Shown: positions 36,035 to 46,152, counted from the stretch's first letter. The stretch is DNA of 64,000 bases from Burkholderiaceae bacterium (GCA_041912595.1 JAYRMR010000013.1:1-64000); one strand, 5' to 3'. The notes: generated from the letters alone by a model not told the origin. Numbers and translations: made by a program.

Positions 36035-36561
36035 TCAAGACCCTCGGACTTCTCGCACTGCTGCTGATCGTCGGCGTGCTCGTCGTCGCGGCCTTCCGGC
36101 CGGACACCTTCCGCGTGGAGCGCCGGCTGCGCATCCAGGCCCCGCCCACCACCATCTACGGGCTCATCCAGGACCTGCACCAGTTCAACCGCTGGAACCC
36201 CTGGCTGCGCAAGGAGCCGAGCGCCAAGGGCGAGTACGGCGGCCCCGCGGCCGGCGTCGGCGCCCGCTACGGCTGGGAAGGCAAGGAACTGGGCCAGGGC
36301 AGCATGGAGATCACCGCCCTGAAGCCCGCCGAGGAGGTCCACCTGCGCCTGGACTTCATCAAGCCCTTCGAGGCCCACAACCAGGCGATCTTCCAGATCC
36401 GCCCGCAGCCCGACGGCAGCAGCGAGCTGAGCTGGGCGATGGAGGGCCCGAGCCCCTACCTCAGCAAGCTGATGGGCCTGGTCTTCAACATGGACCGCAT
36501 GGTCGGCAACGATTTCGAGCAGGGCCTGAAGAACCTGCAGCAACTGGCGGAGACCCCCTGA
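36031..36561 (+). CDS. SRPBCC family protein (polyketide cyclase/START-like)
   Basis: N-terminal TM anchor, then Bet v1-like fold; 176 aa. Confidence 0.65.
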   Translation: MIKTLGLLALLLIVGVLVVAAFRPDTFRVERRLRIQAPPTTIYGLIQDLHQFNRWNPWLRKEPSAKGEYGGPAAGVGARYGWEGKELGQGSMEITALKPAEEVHLRLDFIKPFEAHNQAIFQIRPQPDGSSELSWAMEGPSPYLSKLMGLVFNMDRMVGNDFEQGLKNLQQLAETP

Positions 36562-36562
36562 C

Positions 36563-36970
36563 ATGCAGATCAAGTTCAGCCCCCTGCTGGTCGACGACCA
36601 GGACGCGGCCCTGCGCTTCTACACCCAGCAGCTGGGTTTCGAGACCTGCGCCGACATCCCCATGGGCCCCTACCGCTTCCTGACCGTGCGCTCGCCCGAG
36701 GGCCTGCCGGGCGTGGAGCTGGTCCTGCAGCCCCTGGGTTTCGAGCCCGCGCGGACCTACCAGCGCGCGCTGTACGAGGCCGGCATGCCGGCTGCCGCCT
36801 TCACCACGCCCGACATCGCCGCCGAGCATGCGCGCCTGCAGGCCCGCGGCGTGCGCTTCCGGGGCGAGCCGCAGGCCATGGGCCCCATCATCGGCGTCCT
36901 GTTCGAGGACGGCTGCGGCAATCTCATCCACCTCGTCCAGCCGCTCGTGGCGCCGCCGGACGCCGCCTGA
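36563..36970 (+). CDS. VOC (glyoxalase/bleomycin-resistance) family protein
   Basis: 135 aa βαβββ module. Confidence 0.65.
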   Translation: MQIKFSPLLVDDQDAALRFYTQQLGFETCADIPMGPYRFLTVRSPEGLPGVELVLQPLGFEPARTYQRALYEAGMPAAAFTTPDIAAEHARLQARGVRFRGEPQAMGPIIGVLFEDGCGNLIHLVQPLVAPPDAA

Positions 36971-36985
36971 GCGAAGGAGCTCTCC

Positions 36986-37411
36986 ATGCATCGCCAGATC
37001 TTCGTCAACCTGCCCATCGTCGACATGAAGCGCTCCCGCGCCTTCTTCGAGGCCCTGGGCTATGCCTTCAATCCGCAGTTCAGCAACGATCAGGGCGCCT
37101 GCCTCGTGCTGGGCGAGAACCTCCACGCCATGCTGCTGGTGCACCCCTTCTTCCAGGGCTTCATCGACAAGCGCATCGCCGACGCTCATGAGAGCACCGA
37201 GGTGCTCGTCTGCCTCTCCTGCGACAGCCGCGAGGAGGTCGACCAGCTGGTGGCCCGCGCCCTCGCCGCCGGGGGCCGCGCGCCCCGACCGCCGCAGGAC
37301 CACGGCTTCATGTACGCCCACAGCTTCGAGGACCTCGACGGCCATCTGTGGGAGCTGGTCCACATGGCAGACCCGAGCCAGATCAACGCGGGTGGTGCCG
37401 CCGGCGCATGA
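36986..37411 (+). CDS. VOC family protein, second copy
   Basis: 141 aa. Confidence 0.6.
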   Translation: MHRQIFVNLPIVDMKRSRAFFEALGYAFNPQFSNDQGACLVLGENLHAMLLVHPFFQGFIDKRIADAHESTEVLVCLSCDSREEVDQLVARALAAGGRAPRPPQDHGFMYAHSFEDLDGHLWELVHMADPSQINAGGAAGA

Positions 37412-38781
37412 GTGGGCCCCCGCGCGACGGCAGCGGCGGGGATGACGACGCCGCCCTGCGCGCCCGCGTGGCGGCGCTGTGGCGGCTGGAGTCGCCCGTC
37501 GTCATCGGGGCAGTGCGGCGCCTGCTGCGGGACCTGGACGAGGCCGAGGAGATCGCGCAGGAGGCGCTGCTCGCGGCGCTGGAGCACTGGCCGCGCGAGG
37601 GCTTTCCCGACCGGCCGGGCGCCTGGCTCACGACCACCGCCCGCCACCGCGCGCTCGACCGCCTGCGCCAGCAGCGCATGCAGGAGCGCCACCACGAGGC
37701 GCTGGCCCAGGACCTGGAGGCGCGGCAGGAGCACGTCGTGCCGGACCTCAGCGACAGCCTGGACGAGCGCCGCGCCGACGACATCGGGGACGACCTGCTG
37801 CGCCTGATCTTCACGGCCTGCCACCCGCTGCTCTCGCCCGAGGCGCGCGCCGCGCTGACGCTGCGGCTCCTGGGCGGCCTGAGCACGGCGGAGATCGCCC
37901 GCGCCTACCTGTGCCCCGAGCCCACCGTCGCGCAGCGCATCAGCCGTGCCAAGCGCACGCTCAGCGAGGCGCAGGTGCCCTTCGAGCTGCCCGGCCCGGC
38001 CGAGCGCCTGCAGCGCCTGGGCGCGGTGCTGGAGGTGGTCTATCTGATCTTCAACGAGGGCTATGCCGCGAGCTCCGGCAGCGACTGGCTGCGGCCGGAC
38101 CTCATGGCCGAGGCCCAGCGCCTGGCGCGCCTGCTGGCCTCGCAACTGCCGCAGGAGCCCGAGGTGCAGGGGCTGCTCGCCCTCGTCGAGATCCAGGCGT
38201 CGCGGCAGGCCGCGCGTCTCGACGCCCGCGGGGACCCGGTCCTGCTGATGGACCAGGACCGCCGGCGCTGGGACAGCCTGCTCATCCGCCGCGGCCTCTC
38301 GGCGCTCGCGGCCGGCGAGGCCGCGTGCCGCACACAGGGCGCGGCGCCGGGCTACTACCTGCTGCAGGCGGGCATCGCCGCCTGCCATGCCCGCGCCACG
38401 CGGCCCGAGGACACGGACTGGTCACTGATCCTCGCGCTCTACACCCGGCTGCTGGCGGGCTGGCCCTCGCCCGTCGTCGCGCTCAACCGGGCCGTGGCCC
38501 TCAGCCGCGCGCCGCAAGGCAGTGCCGCCGAGGCGCTGCTGCTGGTCGACGCCCTCGGCGCGGACGGCCCGATGCAGCGCTACCCCTGGTGGCACAGCGT
38601 GCGCGGCGACCTGCTGGAGCGCCAGCAGCGCTGGGCGGAGGCGGCCGTGGCCTTCGAGCAGGCGGCCGGCCTGAGCCTCAATGAAAAAGAGCGCGCTCTG
38701 CTGCTGCAGCGCGCGCTCAAAGGGAGGAGCAAGGACGAAGAAAAGGGTCGCGGGGCTCAGACGCCCAGGCCGAGCGAGTAG
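37408..38781 (+). CDS. ECF-like sigma-70 family RNA polymerase sigma factor with long C-terminal extension
   Basis: σ2 region (…DLDEAEEIAQEALLAALEHW…) and σ4 HTH (LGGLSTAEIARAYLCPEPTVAQRISRAKRTL), then about 230 extra residues. This type is commonly paired with YciI genes. Confidence 0.8.
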   Translation: MSGPPRDGSGGDDDAALRARVAALWRLESPVVIGAVRRLLRDLDEAEEIAQEALLAALEHWPREGFPDRPGAWLTTTARHRALDRLRQQRMQERHHEALAQDLEARQEHVVPDLSDSLDERRADDIGDDLLRLIFTACHPLLSPEARAALTLRLLGGLSTAEIARAYLCPEPTVAQRISRAKRTLSEAQVPFELPGPAERLQRLGAVLEVVYLIFNEGYAASSGSDWLRPDLMAEAQRLARLLASQLPQEPEVQGLLALVEIQASRQAARLDARGDPVLLMDQDRRRWDSLLIRRGLSALAAGEAACRTQGAAPGYYLLQAGIAACHARATRPEDTDWSLILALYTRLLAGWPSPVVALNRAVALSRAPQGSAAEALLLVDALGADGPMQRYPWWHSVRGDLLERQQRWAEAAVAFEQAAGLSLNEKERALLLQRALKGRSKDEEKGRGAQTPRPSE

Positions 38782-40610
38782 CCGCCCGTGGTGCCGGTGG
38801 TCCGCAGCACGCGCAGCACCACCGTCACGGCCGACGAGCCGGTGTTCGTGATCTGCAGCACCTGCGTCGCCCCCAGCACGCCGTTGGAAAGCACAAGCTG
38901 CACGCCACTGGTGGTGTACGCCCCGAGGCCGAAGCCGGAGCTCGCACCCGCGGTGAGCGTGGCCTTCATGGTCTTGCCGGCGGGGATGCTGTAGCGGTAG
39001 TAGTCGTTGTCCGTGTTGCTGGCCATCGAACCACTGATGGCGGCGCTGGTGACGCTGATGAGCTGGGCCGTGGCCACGCTGTCATTGGGCTCGGCTTCCT
39101 TGATGGCCGTCGGCGTGGGGGTCGGCGTCGGGGTGGGCGTGGGTGTCGGGGTAGGCGTCGGGGTAGGCGTCGGGGTGGGGGTGGGGGTGGGGGTGGGGGT
39201 GGGCGTGGGCGTCGGCGTGCCGGCCGCGGCCAGAGCGGCGTTCACGGCGGCATTGGCATCCACGAGACCGGCGCCGCAGCCCGTGCAGGAGGCGGGGAAG
39301 GCGCGGGCGCTGCTCTTGAGCAGCGTGCTCACCTGGTCCGGCGTGAGGTTCTTGTTGGCCTGCAGCATCAGGGCCACGACGCCGCTGACCACCGGCGTGG
39401 CCATGGAGGTGCCCATCATGCCGGCGTAGGTGTCGGCGCCCGGCGTGGTGGTGCCGGTGTTCCAGGTGGACAGGATGGCGCCGTTGCTGTCGCCGCCCGG
39501 AGCGGCCAGCGTGACCTTGACGCCGAAGTTCGAATAGGAGGCGCGCGCGCCGGTCTTGCCCGTCGCGGCGACGGTGATGACGCCGCTGCAGCTGGCCGGG
39601 GAGAAGCCCGAGGCCTCCTGCGCGCTGTTCCCGGCGGCCACGACGACGACCGCGCCCTTGGCCCGGGCCGCGTTGATCGCGTTCTGCGTGGTGATGTCGC
39701 AGGCGCCCGCACCGCCCAGCGAGAGGTTGATGACCTTGGCCGGGTTGGCATTCGCGGGCACGCCCGTCACCGTGCCGCCCGCGGCCCAGACCATGGCGTC
39801 GGCGATGTCGGAGGTGTAGCCGCCGCACTTGCCCAGCGCGCGCACCGGCAGCAGGCGGGCCTTGAAGGCGACGCCGCTCACGCCGATGCCGTTGTTGGCG
39901 GCGGCGCCGATGATGCCGCTCACGTGCGTGCCGTGCCACGAGCTGTTCGCGGCCTTGGAACCCGTGCCGCAGGCGCCCGCGGCCACGAAGTCGCCGGGGT
40001 CGCTGGCGTCGGCGTCGCGCCCGCCGCCGTCGCCGGCCGTGCTCGTGTTCAGGATGAAGTCATAGCCCGGCAGCAGCTTGGCCGAAAAGTCGGCATGCGG
40101 GCGCACGCCGGTGTCGATCACGGCCACGGTGACGCCATCGCCGGTGGCCTTGTTCCAGGCGTCGGGGGCGCGGATGCCGCCCACGGTGTCGAAGAGGCTC
40201 CATTGCTGGCTGTACATCGGGTCGGTGGGCGTCAGCTGCGGCTGCAGCAGGCGGTCGGGCTCCACGTACTCGATGTTGGCGTCGCCCGCGCGGAAGCTGG
40301 CGGCCAGGGCGTCGATGTCTCCCTTGGCCAGGCGCCGGCTGATCTTGAAGACCTGCGCGCCGCTGGCCATCTGGCGCAGCGGGCTCAGCTGCACGCCATG
40401 CCGGTTGCCGGCCACCTGGGCGGCCAGGCGGGCGTTCTCGGTCGGGAAGGCGCCCTTGCCGGACTTGTATTTGACGATCAGCCGGTCCGTCTGGCTGGCC
40501 TGCACGATCAGGCCCTCGGGGCCGACGGCGGCGCCCTGGTAGGCGGCGTGGGCCGTGGGGATCGCGGCCAGCAGGGCCAGGGCCAGGGCGGAAGGAAGGG
40601 GCGTCTTCAT
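38757..40610 (-). CDS. Secreted S8 (subtilisin-like) serine peptidase with (Pro-Thr)n linker and C-terminal pre-peptidase domain
   Basis: Signal peptide. Catalytic triad context DTGV…, HGTHVSG…, GTSMATP. About 19 Pro-Thr repeats. C-terminal β-sandwich domain. Confidence 0.9.
   Translation of the reverse strand: MKTPLPSALALALLAAIPTAHAAYQGAAVGPEGLIVQASQTDRLIVKYKSGKGAFPTENARLAAQVAGNRHGVQLSPLRQMASGAQVFKISRRLAKGDIDALAASFRAGDANIEYVEPDRLLQPQLTPTDPMYSQQWSLFDTVGGIRAPDAWNKATGDGVTVAVIDTGVRPHADFSAKLLPGYDFILNTSTAGDGGGRDADASDPGDFVAAGACGTGSKAANSSWHGTHVSGIIGAAANNGIGVSGVAFKARLLPVRALGKCGGYTSDIADAMVWAAGGTVTGVPANANPAKVINLSLGGAGACDITTQNAINAARAKGAVVVVAAGNSAQEASGFSPASCSGVITVAATGKTGARASYSNFGVKVTLAAPGGDSNGAILSTWNTGTTTPGADTYAGMMGTSMATPVVSGVVALMLQANKNLTPDQVSTLLKSSARAFPASCTGCGAGLVDANAAVNAALAAAGTPTPTPTPTPTPTPTPTPTPTPTPTPTPTPTPTPTPTAIKEAEPNDSVATAQLISVTSAAISGSMASNTDNDYYRYSIPAGKTMKATLTAGASSGFGLGAYTTSGVQLVLSNGVLGATQVLQITNTGSSAVTVVLRVLRTTGTTGGYSLGLGV
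39106..39222. repeat. Tandem hexanucleotide repeat (GGCGTSGGGGTG-type) encoding the (Pro-Thr)~19 linker of the S8 protease
   Basis: Direct repeat visible in the sequence (ggcgtgggggtcggcgtcggggtgggcgtgggtgtcggggtaggc…). Confidence 0.8.
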
Positions 40611-40932
40611 GCGTGTTTGCCTCGTGCTGCGTTCATCGAGGCCAGTCGCGTGCCGGGAGCACGGCGGCTGGCGGCCCCGCTACCCTGGCCGGCGTCACGG
40701 GGGCGCTGGCGGTAGGCCGGAGGCTTTGCGTCCCGCGCTTTCGCGCGGTTTGCCGATCACGGGAAATCCCGTAGATAGAACGGTAGGGGATCGCGCGGCG
40801 CTTGACCAGCCGCGCGCGGCAGCCGGCGGCCGTCCGTGCGACTTTGTACGCATCCGGTCGCCCCGCCGCCGCCGCGGCGGCCGTCAGCGATTGACGCGCA
40901 TCAAGCCGGCGCCGCGACGCGCCCCGGACGGG

Positions 40933-42723
40933 TCATGGCAAGGCCCGCTCCAGGCGCAGCACGGGGTAGAGCCGGTAGCGCTCGTCCCACGAGCTGTGGC
41001 GGCGGGCGAAGAAGGCGAGCCGGGCGCGCGGGTCGGCGGCGAAGGCGGCGTCCTCGGCCAGGCGGCGCTGGAACTCCGCCGCCAGCGCGGGATCCGCCGC
41101 CAACTGCTGGCGGGCGACGTCCTCCGCCACGTAGTCCTCCATGTACTCCTTCAGCTCGAAGGCATTGTTGAAGGCGCCCCAGGCGAGCAGCGAGTCCGAC
41201 GCCTGCGGCTCGAGCAGGGCCATCACGAGCCGGGCGCCCGGTTGCGCGATGGGCACGAAGAGGCTGCCCGCCGGCACCTCGCGCGGCTCGTCGCGCCACG
41301 CGCCCTTCACGTCGAGGCGCTGATGCCCCTCGACCGACTGCGCCCCGAAGCGCGCCTGCTCGGCCCGGAAGGTCTGCACCGGCAGCGCGGCCTGGGCCCG
41401 GGCCAGCCGCTCGAAACGCAGGCCATGGCGGCGCAGCACCTCGCTCACCTGCGCGGCGTGGGCGGCGGGCACGAGATAGCCGGCGCCCGGCGCGCGGACG
41501 CTCAGGACCGGCTGGATGTCGTCCCGCAGCGGCACTCGCCAGATCTCGGGGCGGGTCTCGTCGTAGCGCGTCATCAGCGCCCCGGAGATCTCGGACGGCG
41601 TGCGCGTGTAGGCATAGCCCCGGAAGTCGATCAGGCGGCTGCGCGCGCTTGCCTCGAAAGCCAGGGGCTGCTCGGTGCCGGCCAGCCCGGCCGCGCGGCG
41701 GTCCGCCGCCAGTGCCTCGGTGCGCCACTGCGCGCCGTGCCGGGCGATCTGCGTCAGCACCGCCACGATGGTGTTGCGGGTGATGCGCACGCGGGTGGGG
41801 TAGTCCTTCCACGAGTGCGTCTCGACCAGCATGCCGAAGCGGTTGCGCAGCCAGAAGTAGCCCGTGGAGAAGCGCGGCGGCGGCACGCCGTCGGCAAAGC
41901 CCGAGGATGGATCGTCCATCTTCTCGAAGGACATGTAGAAAGGCTGCGGCAGCGAGCCCTGCGCGGCCAGCGCCTGGATCACGCCATCGCGCAGCGCCTG
42001 GCCGCTGCGGCGCTGGGCCTCGTCACCGGCATGCACCGGCTCGACCTGGATGGAGACGTCGTGCTCGAACTGCGCGCCGTCGGTGACGTGCAGATCGATC
42101 GTCGCGAGCGGGTCCCAGGCCTGGACGAGGCGCAGCATGGCCTGCATCTCCGGCGCATCGGCCTTGGCGTAGTCGCGGTTGAGGTTGTAGTTCTGCGCCG
42201 TGGTCCGCCAGCCCATGGCCTCCGGGCCCCGCTGGTTGGGGCGGTTCCAGGCACCGAAGCGCTCGTGGCCGTCCTCGTTGAAGACCGGCACGAACACGAG
42301 CACCTGCCGCTTCAGCACGCCGGGCGTGGCCTCGCCGTCGAGCACCTGGCGAAGCGCGAGGAAGCCGGCATCCTTGCCGTCGATCTCGCCGGCGTGAATG
42401 CCGCCCTGGATCAGCGTCACGGGCAGGCCGCGGCGGCGAGCCTCGGCCGGCGTCAGGGCCCCGCTCTGGCTCGCCACGATCGCCCACTGCGGCCGCCCTT
42501 CCGGCGTGGTGCCGAAGCGCGTGCAGCGCACGGCCCGGGGGTAGCGCTGCTGGAAGTCGCGGCACAGACGGCCGACCTCCTCGAGGCGGCCGGTGCGCTG
42601 GAAGCCGCTGCGCTCGGCCTCGGTGCGCAGCACAGGTGCGGCCTGGACAGAAGACAGGCCGGCCAGCGCCAGCAGACAGGACGTCAGCAAGGACGGCAAG
42701 GAGGCGGAATGGGGCAGTGACAT
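40933..42723 (-). CDS. M14 family zinc carboxypeptidase (secreted)
   Basis: Signal peptide. Zn-binding motif …GGIHAGEIDG…, then NEDGHE…, HSW…. Confidence 0.8.
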   Translation of the reverse strand: MSLPHSASLPSLLTSCLLALAGLSSVQAAPVLRTEAERSGFQRTGRLEEVGRLCRDFQQRYPRAVRCTRFGTTPEGRPQWAIVASQSGALTPAEARRRGLPVTLIQGGIHAGEIDGKDAGFLALRQVLDGEATPGVLKRQVLVFVPVFNEDGHERFGAWNRPNQRGPEAMGWRTTAQNYNLNRDYAKADAPEMQAMLRLVQAWDPLATIDLHVTDGAQFEHDVSIQVEPVHAGDEAQRRSGQALRDGVIQALAAQGSLPQPFYMSFEKMDDPSSGFADGVPPPRFSTGYFWLRNRFGMLVETHSWKDYPTRVRITRNTIVAVLTQIARHGAQWRTEALAADRRAAGLAGTEQPLAFEASARSRLIDFRGYAYTRTPSEISGALMTRYDETRPEIWRVPLRDDIQPVLSVRAPGAGYLVPAAHAAQVSEVLRRHGLRFERLARAQAALPVQTFRAEQARFGAQSVEGHQRLDVKGAWRDEPREVPAGSLFVPIAQPGARLVMALLEPQASDSLLAWGAFNNAFELKEYMEDYVAEDVARQQLAADPALAAEFQRRLAEDAAFAADPRARLAFFARRHSSWDERYRLYPVLRLERALP

Positions 42724-42872
42724 GGCAGGCGAGGGCTTCAGAGGCAAGACCTGGCACTGTAGCCAGCCCCTGCCCCCGACGCTGCTGCGGATGCCCCGGG
42801 GTGCCTTCCGTCACCCTCCCCCGCCGGCCCGCATACTGCGCCGACCCCATTTCCGCCCGATCGGAGGACTCC

Positions 42873-43709
42873 ATGCGCCTGACCCGCCGCGGCTTTGCCG
42901 CTCTCGCCAGCCTGCCCCTGATGACCGCCGCCTGGGGTGCCCAGGCCGCCGAGGCCCCGGCCGACACGGCCCTGCAGGCCGCCATCGCCGGCAGCCACCG
43001 CACCCCCGCCTTCGCGGCCCGCGACGCCGCGCGCCACCCCTACGAGACGCTGCGCTTCTTCGGCATCCAGCCCGGCATGACCGTCGTGGAGCTGAGCCCC
43101 GGCGGCGGCTGGTACACCGAGATCCTGGCGCCCTATCTGCACGACCGCGGCCAGCTGATCCTGGGCGCGGACGATCCGCAGTCCACCAACGCCTATCGCC
43201 AGCGCAGCGGCCAGCGCCTCAAGGACAAGCTCGCGGCCGCCCCCGCGGTCTACGGCAAGGTCCGCATGAACGTCTTCGAGGTGCCCGCCCGCCTGCAGTA
43301 CGCCGAGCCCGGCTCGGCCGACCTCGTGCTGACCTTCCGCAATGTGCACAACTGGATCGACGCCGGCGGTGACGCCGCCGTGCAGGCCGTCTTCCGCAGC
43401 GCCTTCGAGGCCCTGAAGAAGGGCGGCAGCTTCGGCGTGGTGGAGCACCGCCGCCCGGCCGCGCAGGCGCAGGACGAGAAGGCCAGCAGCGGCTACGTGC
43501 ACGAGGCCTACGTGATCCGCCTGGCCGAGGCCGTGGGCTTCAAGCTGGCGGGCCGCAGCGAGGTCAACGCCAATCCCAAGGACACGGCGGACCACGAGAA
43601 CGGCGTCTGGGCGCTGCCGCCCACCTTCACCAACAAGGACAAGGACCGCGAGCGCTATGCCGCCATCGGCGAGAGCGACCGCATGACGCTGCGCTTCGTG
43701 AAGCCCTGA
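42873..43709 (+). CDS. Periplasmic class I SAM-dependent methyltransferase-like protein (Tat signal)
   Basis: MRLTRRGFAALASLPLMTAAWGAQA twin-arginine signal. VVELSPGGGWYTEIL matches the methyltransferase motif I. Confidence 0.6.
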   Translation: MRLTRRGFAALASLPLMTAAWGAQAAEAPADTALQAAIAGSHRTPAFAARDAARHPYETLRFFGIQPGMTVVELSPGGGWYTEILAPYLHDRGQLILGADDPQSTNAYRQRSGQRLKDKLAAAPAVYGKVRMNVFEVPARLQYAEPGSADLVLTFRNVHNWIDAGGDAAVQAVFRSAFEALKKGGSFGVVEHRRPAAQAQDEKASSGYVHEAYVIRLAEAVGFKLAGRSEVNANPKDTADHENGVWALPPTFTNKDKDRERYAAIGESDRMTLRFVKP

Positions 43710-43744
43710 GCGACATCGGGCGCTGCCGGGCGCGGCCGGCGGCG

Positions 43745-44095
43745 TCAGCCCCCGGCGCGCTTGGCCGGATGCCCCTGGGCGATGAGCCAGGCCGTCACGC
43801 GTTCGGCGTGGTCGCCCTGGATCTCGATGACGCCGCCCTTGGCCGTGCCGCCGCTCCCGCAGGCGCTGCGCAACTGCTTGCCCAGGGCCTGCAGGGCCGT
43901 GTCGTCCAGGGGCAGCCCCTTGACGAGCGTGACGGTCTTGCCGCCGCGGCCCTTGCTCTCGCGCCACACGCGGGCGATGCCGTCCCCCGCGGGCCGCGCG
44001 GCCGGCTGGCCGCAGCGGCAGGCCGCCAGCGCGGCGCGGCACTGCGGGCAGGTCCGACCGACGTCGGTCGAATAGACGAGGCGGCTGTGGCTCAT
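43745..44095 (-). CDS. yciH: Translation initiation factor SUI1/YciH family protein
   Basis: C4 zinc knuckle CPQCRAALAACRCG plus the SUI1 domain (…KTVTLVKGLP…GGVIEIQGDHAERV…). Confidence 0.85.
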   Translation of the reverse strand: MSHSRLVYSTDVGRTCPQCRAALAACRCGQPAARPAGDGIARVWRESKGRGGKTVTLVKGLPLDDTALQALGKQLRSACGSGGTAKGGVIEIQGDHAERVTAWLIAQGHPAKRAGG

Positions 44096-44111
44096 CGGGC
44101 GGCGGCCGGCC

Positions 44112-44711
44112 TCAGCGCTGCTTCATCACGGCCGCGGTGCTCGCGCCCGTGCCCTCGCCGGTCTGCTCGCTGAGCATGCGGTGCATGAGGGCGAAGAAGC
44201 GGTCGTAGAACTCCCCGGCCGGGATGGTCTCGGAGGCCACCTTGACCATGGAGTCCTGCGAGGCCGACATCGGCACCGAGATCGAGCCGATCGCGCTCAC
44301 GCCGATGCTGGTGGAATTGGCGCTCTTCTTGATGGCGTAGCGGTCCTGCTGGGCCGAGACGAAGGCCGTGGCCAGCTGGGCGTTCTTGCCGTCGGGCACG
44401 CAGACGATGTTGAAGTTGATCTCCACGTGCACCTCGCCCTCCGGCTGGAAGCGCTTGGTGCCGCTCACGGCGCCCACCTTGCCCGGGTTGATCAGGTAGC
44501 CCTGGCTCAGCAGCGCGCGGCGCGCGGCCTCGCAGGTGTCCTCGAGCGAGGCATCGAACAGGCGCGAGTAGGTCTCCTCGGCCTGGAACTTCTCGTTCTG
44601 GTAGACGGACACCTTGGGCGGCTCGCGGCCCGGCACGGCGATCGCACAGCCCGCCAGCAGGCAGACCCCGGCCAGGCTGGCCCAGGTGGTGGCTGTCCTC
44701 GTTCTGTTCAT
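44112..44711 (-). CDS. Lipoprotein of unknown function (DUF2242-like)
   Basis: Lipobox LLAGCA, 199 aa. Confidence 0.6.
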   Translation of the reverse strand: MNRTRTATTWASLAGVCLLAGCAIAVPGREPPKVSVYQNEKFQAEETYSRLFDASLEDTCEAARRALLSQGYLINPGKVGAVSGTKRFQPEGEVHVEINFNIVCVPDGKNAQLATAFVSAQQDRYAIKKSANSTSIGVSAIGSISVPMSASQDSMVKVASETIPAGEFYDRFFALMHRMLSEQTGEGTGASTAAVMKQR

Positions 44712-44927
44712 CGATCCCTCGCAATGCCGTGTCGTGTCCCGTGGCCGGCCCTCGCGTGAGGCGGCGCTGTCCCCGCATTATCCAGATCCCGCCTGGCTTG
44801 CCCAGGAAGACACCCCACCCGGCGTCGGGCCGGCACACGGCCACGCCCTGGCGGGAGCGGCATCGCGCGTGCGCTGATCGCCCATCGTGGCAAAGCACCG
44901 CTTTGCGCACGCGGCCGGCGTCACGGC

Positions 44928-46109
44928 GTGCGGCACATCAGGCCGCCGAGCGCGCGGCCGGCGCACAATGCGCAGGTCATGCCCGATGCCTTCGTCCCCT
45001 CACGACGCCACCTGGTCGGTCTGCTCACCGTGCTCGGCCTGGGCGTTACGCGCGCCCGCGCGCACGCCGCGACGCCCGGGGCCGAGAACGAATGGCGCAT
45101 CGGCAGCTCCGCCGCCCTGAGCGGCCCCGCGGCCCAGCTGGGGCTGCGCTACCACGCCGGCATCCGCGCGCAGTTCGCCCTCGTCAACCAGCAGGGCGGC
45201 ATCCAGGGGCGCAAGGTGGTGCTCGACCTGCGCGACGACGGCTACGAGCCCGAGCGGGCCGAGATCAACACGCGCCAGCTGGTCGAGGACGAGCGCGTGC
45301 TGCTGCTCTTCGGCTACGTGGGCACGCCCACCAGCCGCGCCGCCCTGCCCTACCTCAAGCGCCACGGCATCAGCTTCATGGGCGCGTACACCGGGGCCGG
45401 CATGCTCTACGAACCCTCGCTGGGGCGCATCTTCAGCATCCGTGCGAGCTACCAGGACGAGTCGCTGGCGCTGGCCGATGCCATGAAGCGCGACGGCGTG
45501 AAGCGCTTCAACGTCCTGCTGCAGGCCGATCTCTTCGGCCGCGCCGGGCTGGAGGCGATGCGCGACGCGGCGCAGGGCCGGCAGCTGACCCTGCAGGCCT
45601 CCGCCACCGTGCGCCGCAATTCCACCGACGTGGACGAGGCGCTGGACGCCCTGGTCACCCGTGCGCCGGCCGACGCCATCTTCATGATCAGCACCTACGA
45701 GACCTGCGCGGCCTTCATCCGCCAGGCGCGCAAGCGGGGCTACACCGGCCGCTTCTACCTGCTGTCCTTCGCCGGCCTGGAGCCGCTGCAGCAGGCGCTG
45801 CAGGGCGACATGCGCCAGGTCCGCATCGCGCAGGTGGTGCCGGACCCGCGCGACGCCATCCTCCCCGTCACCGCCGCCTACCAGAAGGCCATGCTGGCCC
45901 AGGGCGACCGGCAGTTCGATTCGATCAGCTTCGAGGGGTATATTGCGGCGCGCGTGCTCTGCGAAGGCCTGCTCCGCGCGCAGCGGTCCTTGGGCCGCGA
46001 TGGGGTGCAGCAGGCGCTGGAGCGCGTGGGCGAGCTGGATCTCGGCGGCTTCCGCGTGCGTTACGCCGAGAGCTCGCACCGCGGCAGCTCGCTGGTCCTG
46101 ATCCGCTGA
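44928..46109 (+). CDS. Orphan ABC-transporter substrate-binding protein (branched-chain amino acid/LivK-type)
   Basis: Peripla_BP_6 fold. No adjacent permease or ATPase genes. Likely start at an internal Met (~44979). Confidence 0.75.
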   Translation: MRHIRPPSARPAHNAQVMPDAFVPSRRHLVGLLTVLGLGVTRARAHAATPGAENEWRIGSSAALSGPAAQLGLRYHAGIRAQFALVNQQGGIQGRKVVLDLRDDGYEPERAEINTRQLVEDERVLLLFGYVGTPTSRAALPYLKRHGISFMGAYTGAGMLYEPSLGRIFSIRASYQDESLALADAMKRDGVKRFNVLLQADLFGRAGLEAMRDAAQGRQLTLQASATVRRNSTDVDEALDALVTRAPADAIFMISTYETCAAFIRQARKRGYTGRFYLLSFAGLEPLQQALQGDMRQVRIAQVVPDPRDAILPVTAAYQKAMLAQGDRQFDSISFEGYIAARVLCEGLLRAQRSLGRDGVQQALERVGELDLGGFRVRYAESSHRGSSLVLIR

Positions 46110-46152
46110 GACCAGCCGGCCCGCCCGCCGGACTCAACGCCTGGAACTGCCG

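Noticed and set aside
39106-39222. Repeat array considered as possible CRISPR
   Set aside because: Units are about 6–12 nt with no spacers, and the array lies inside an S8 protease ORF encoding a Pro-Thr linker. It is not a CRISPR array.
40611-40932. GC palindrome CCGCCGCCGCCGCGGCGGCCG in the 320-bp spacer downstream of the M14 gene, considered as a terminator
   Set aside because: No following U-tract on the relevant strand. More likely part of the S8 protease promoter region or a GC-rich structural element. Kept only as an intergenic note.
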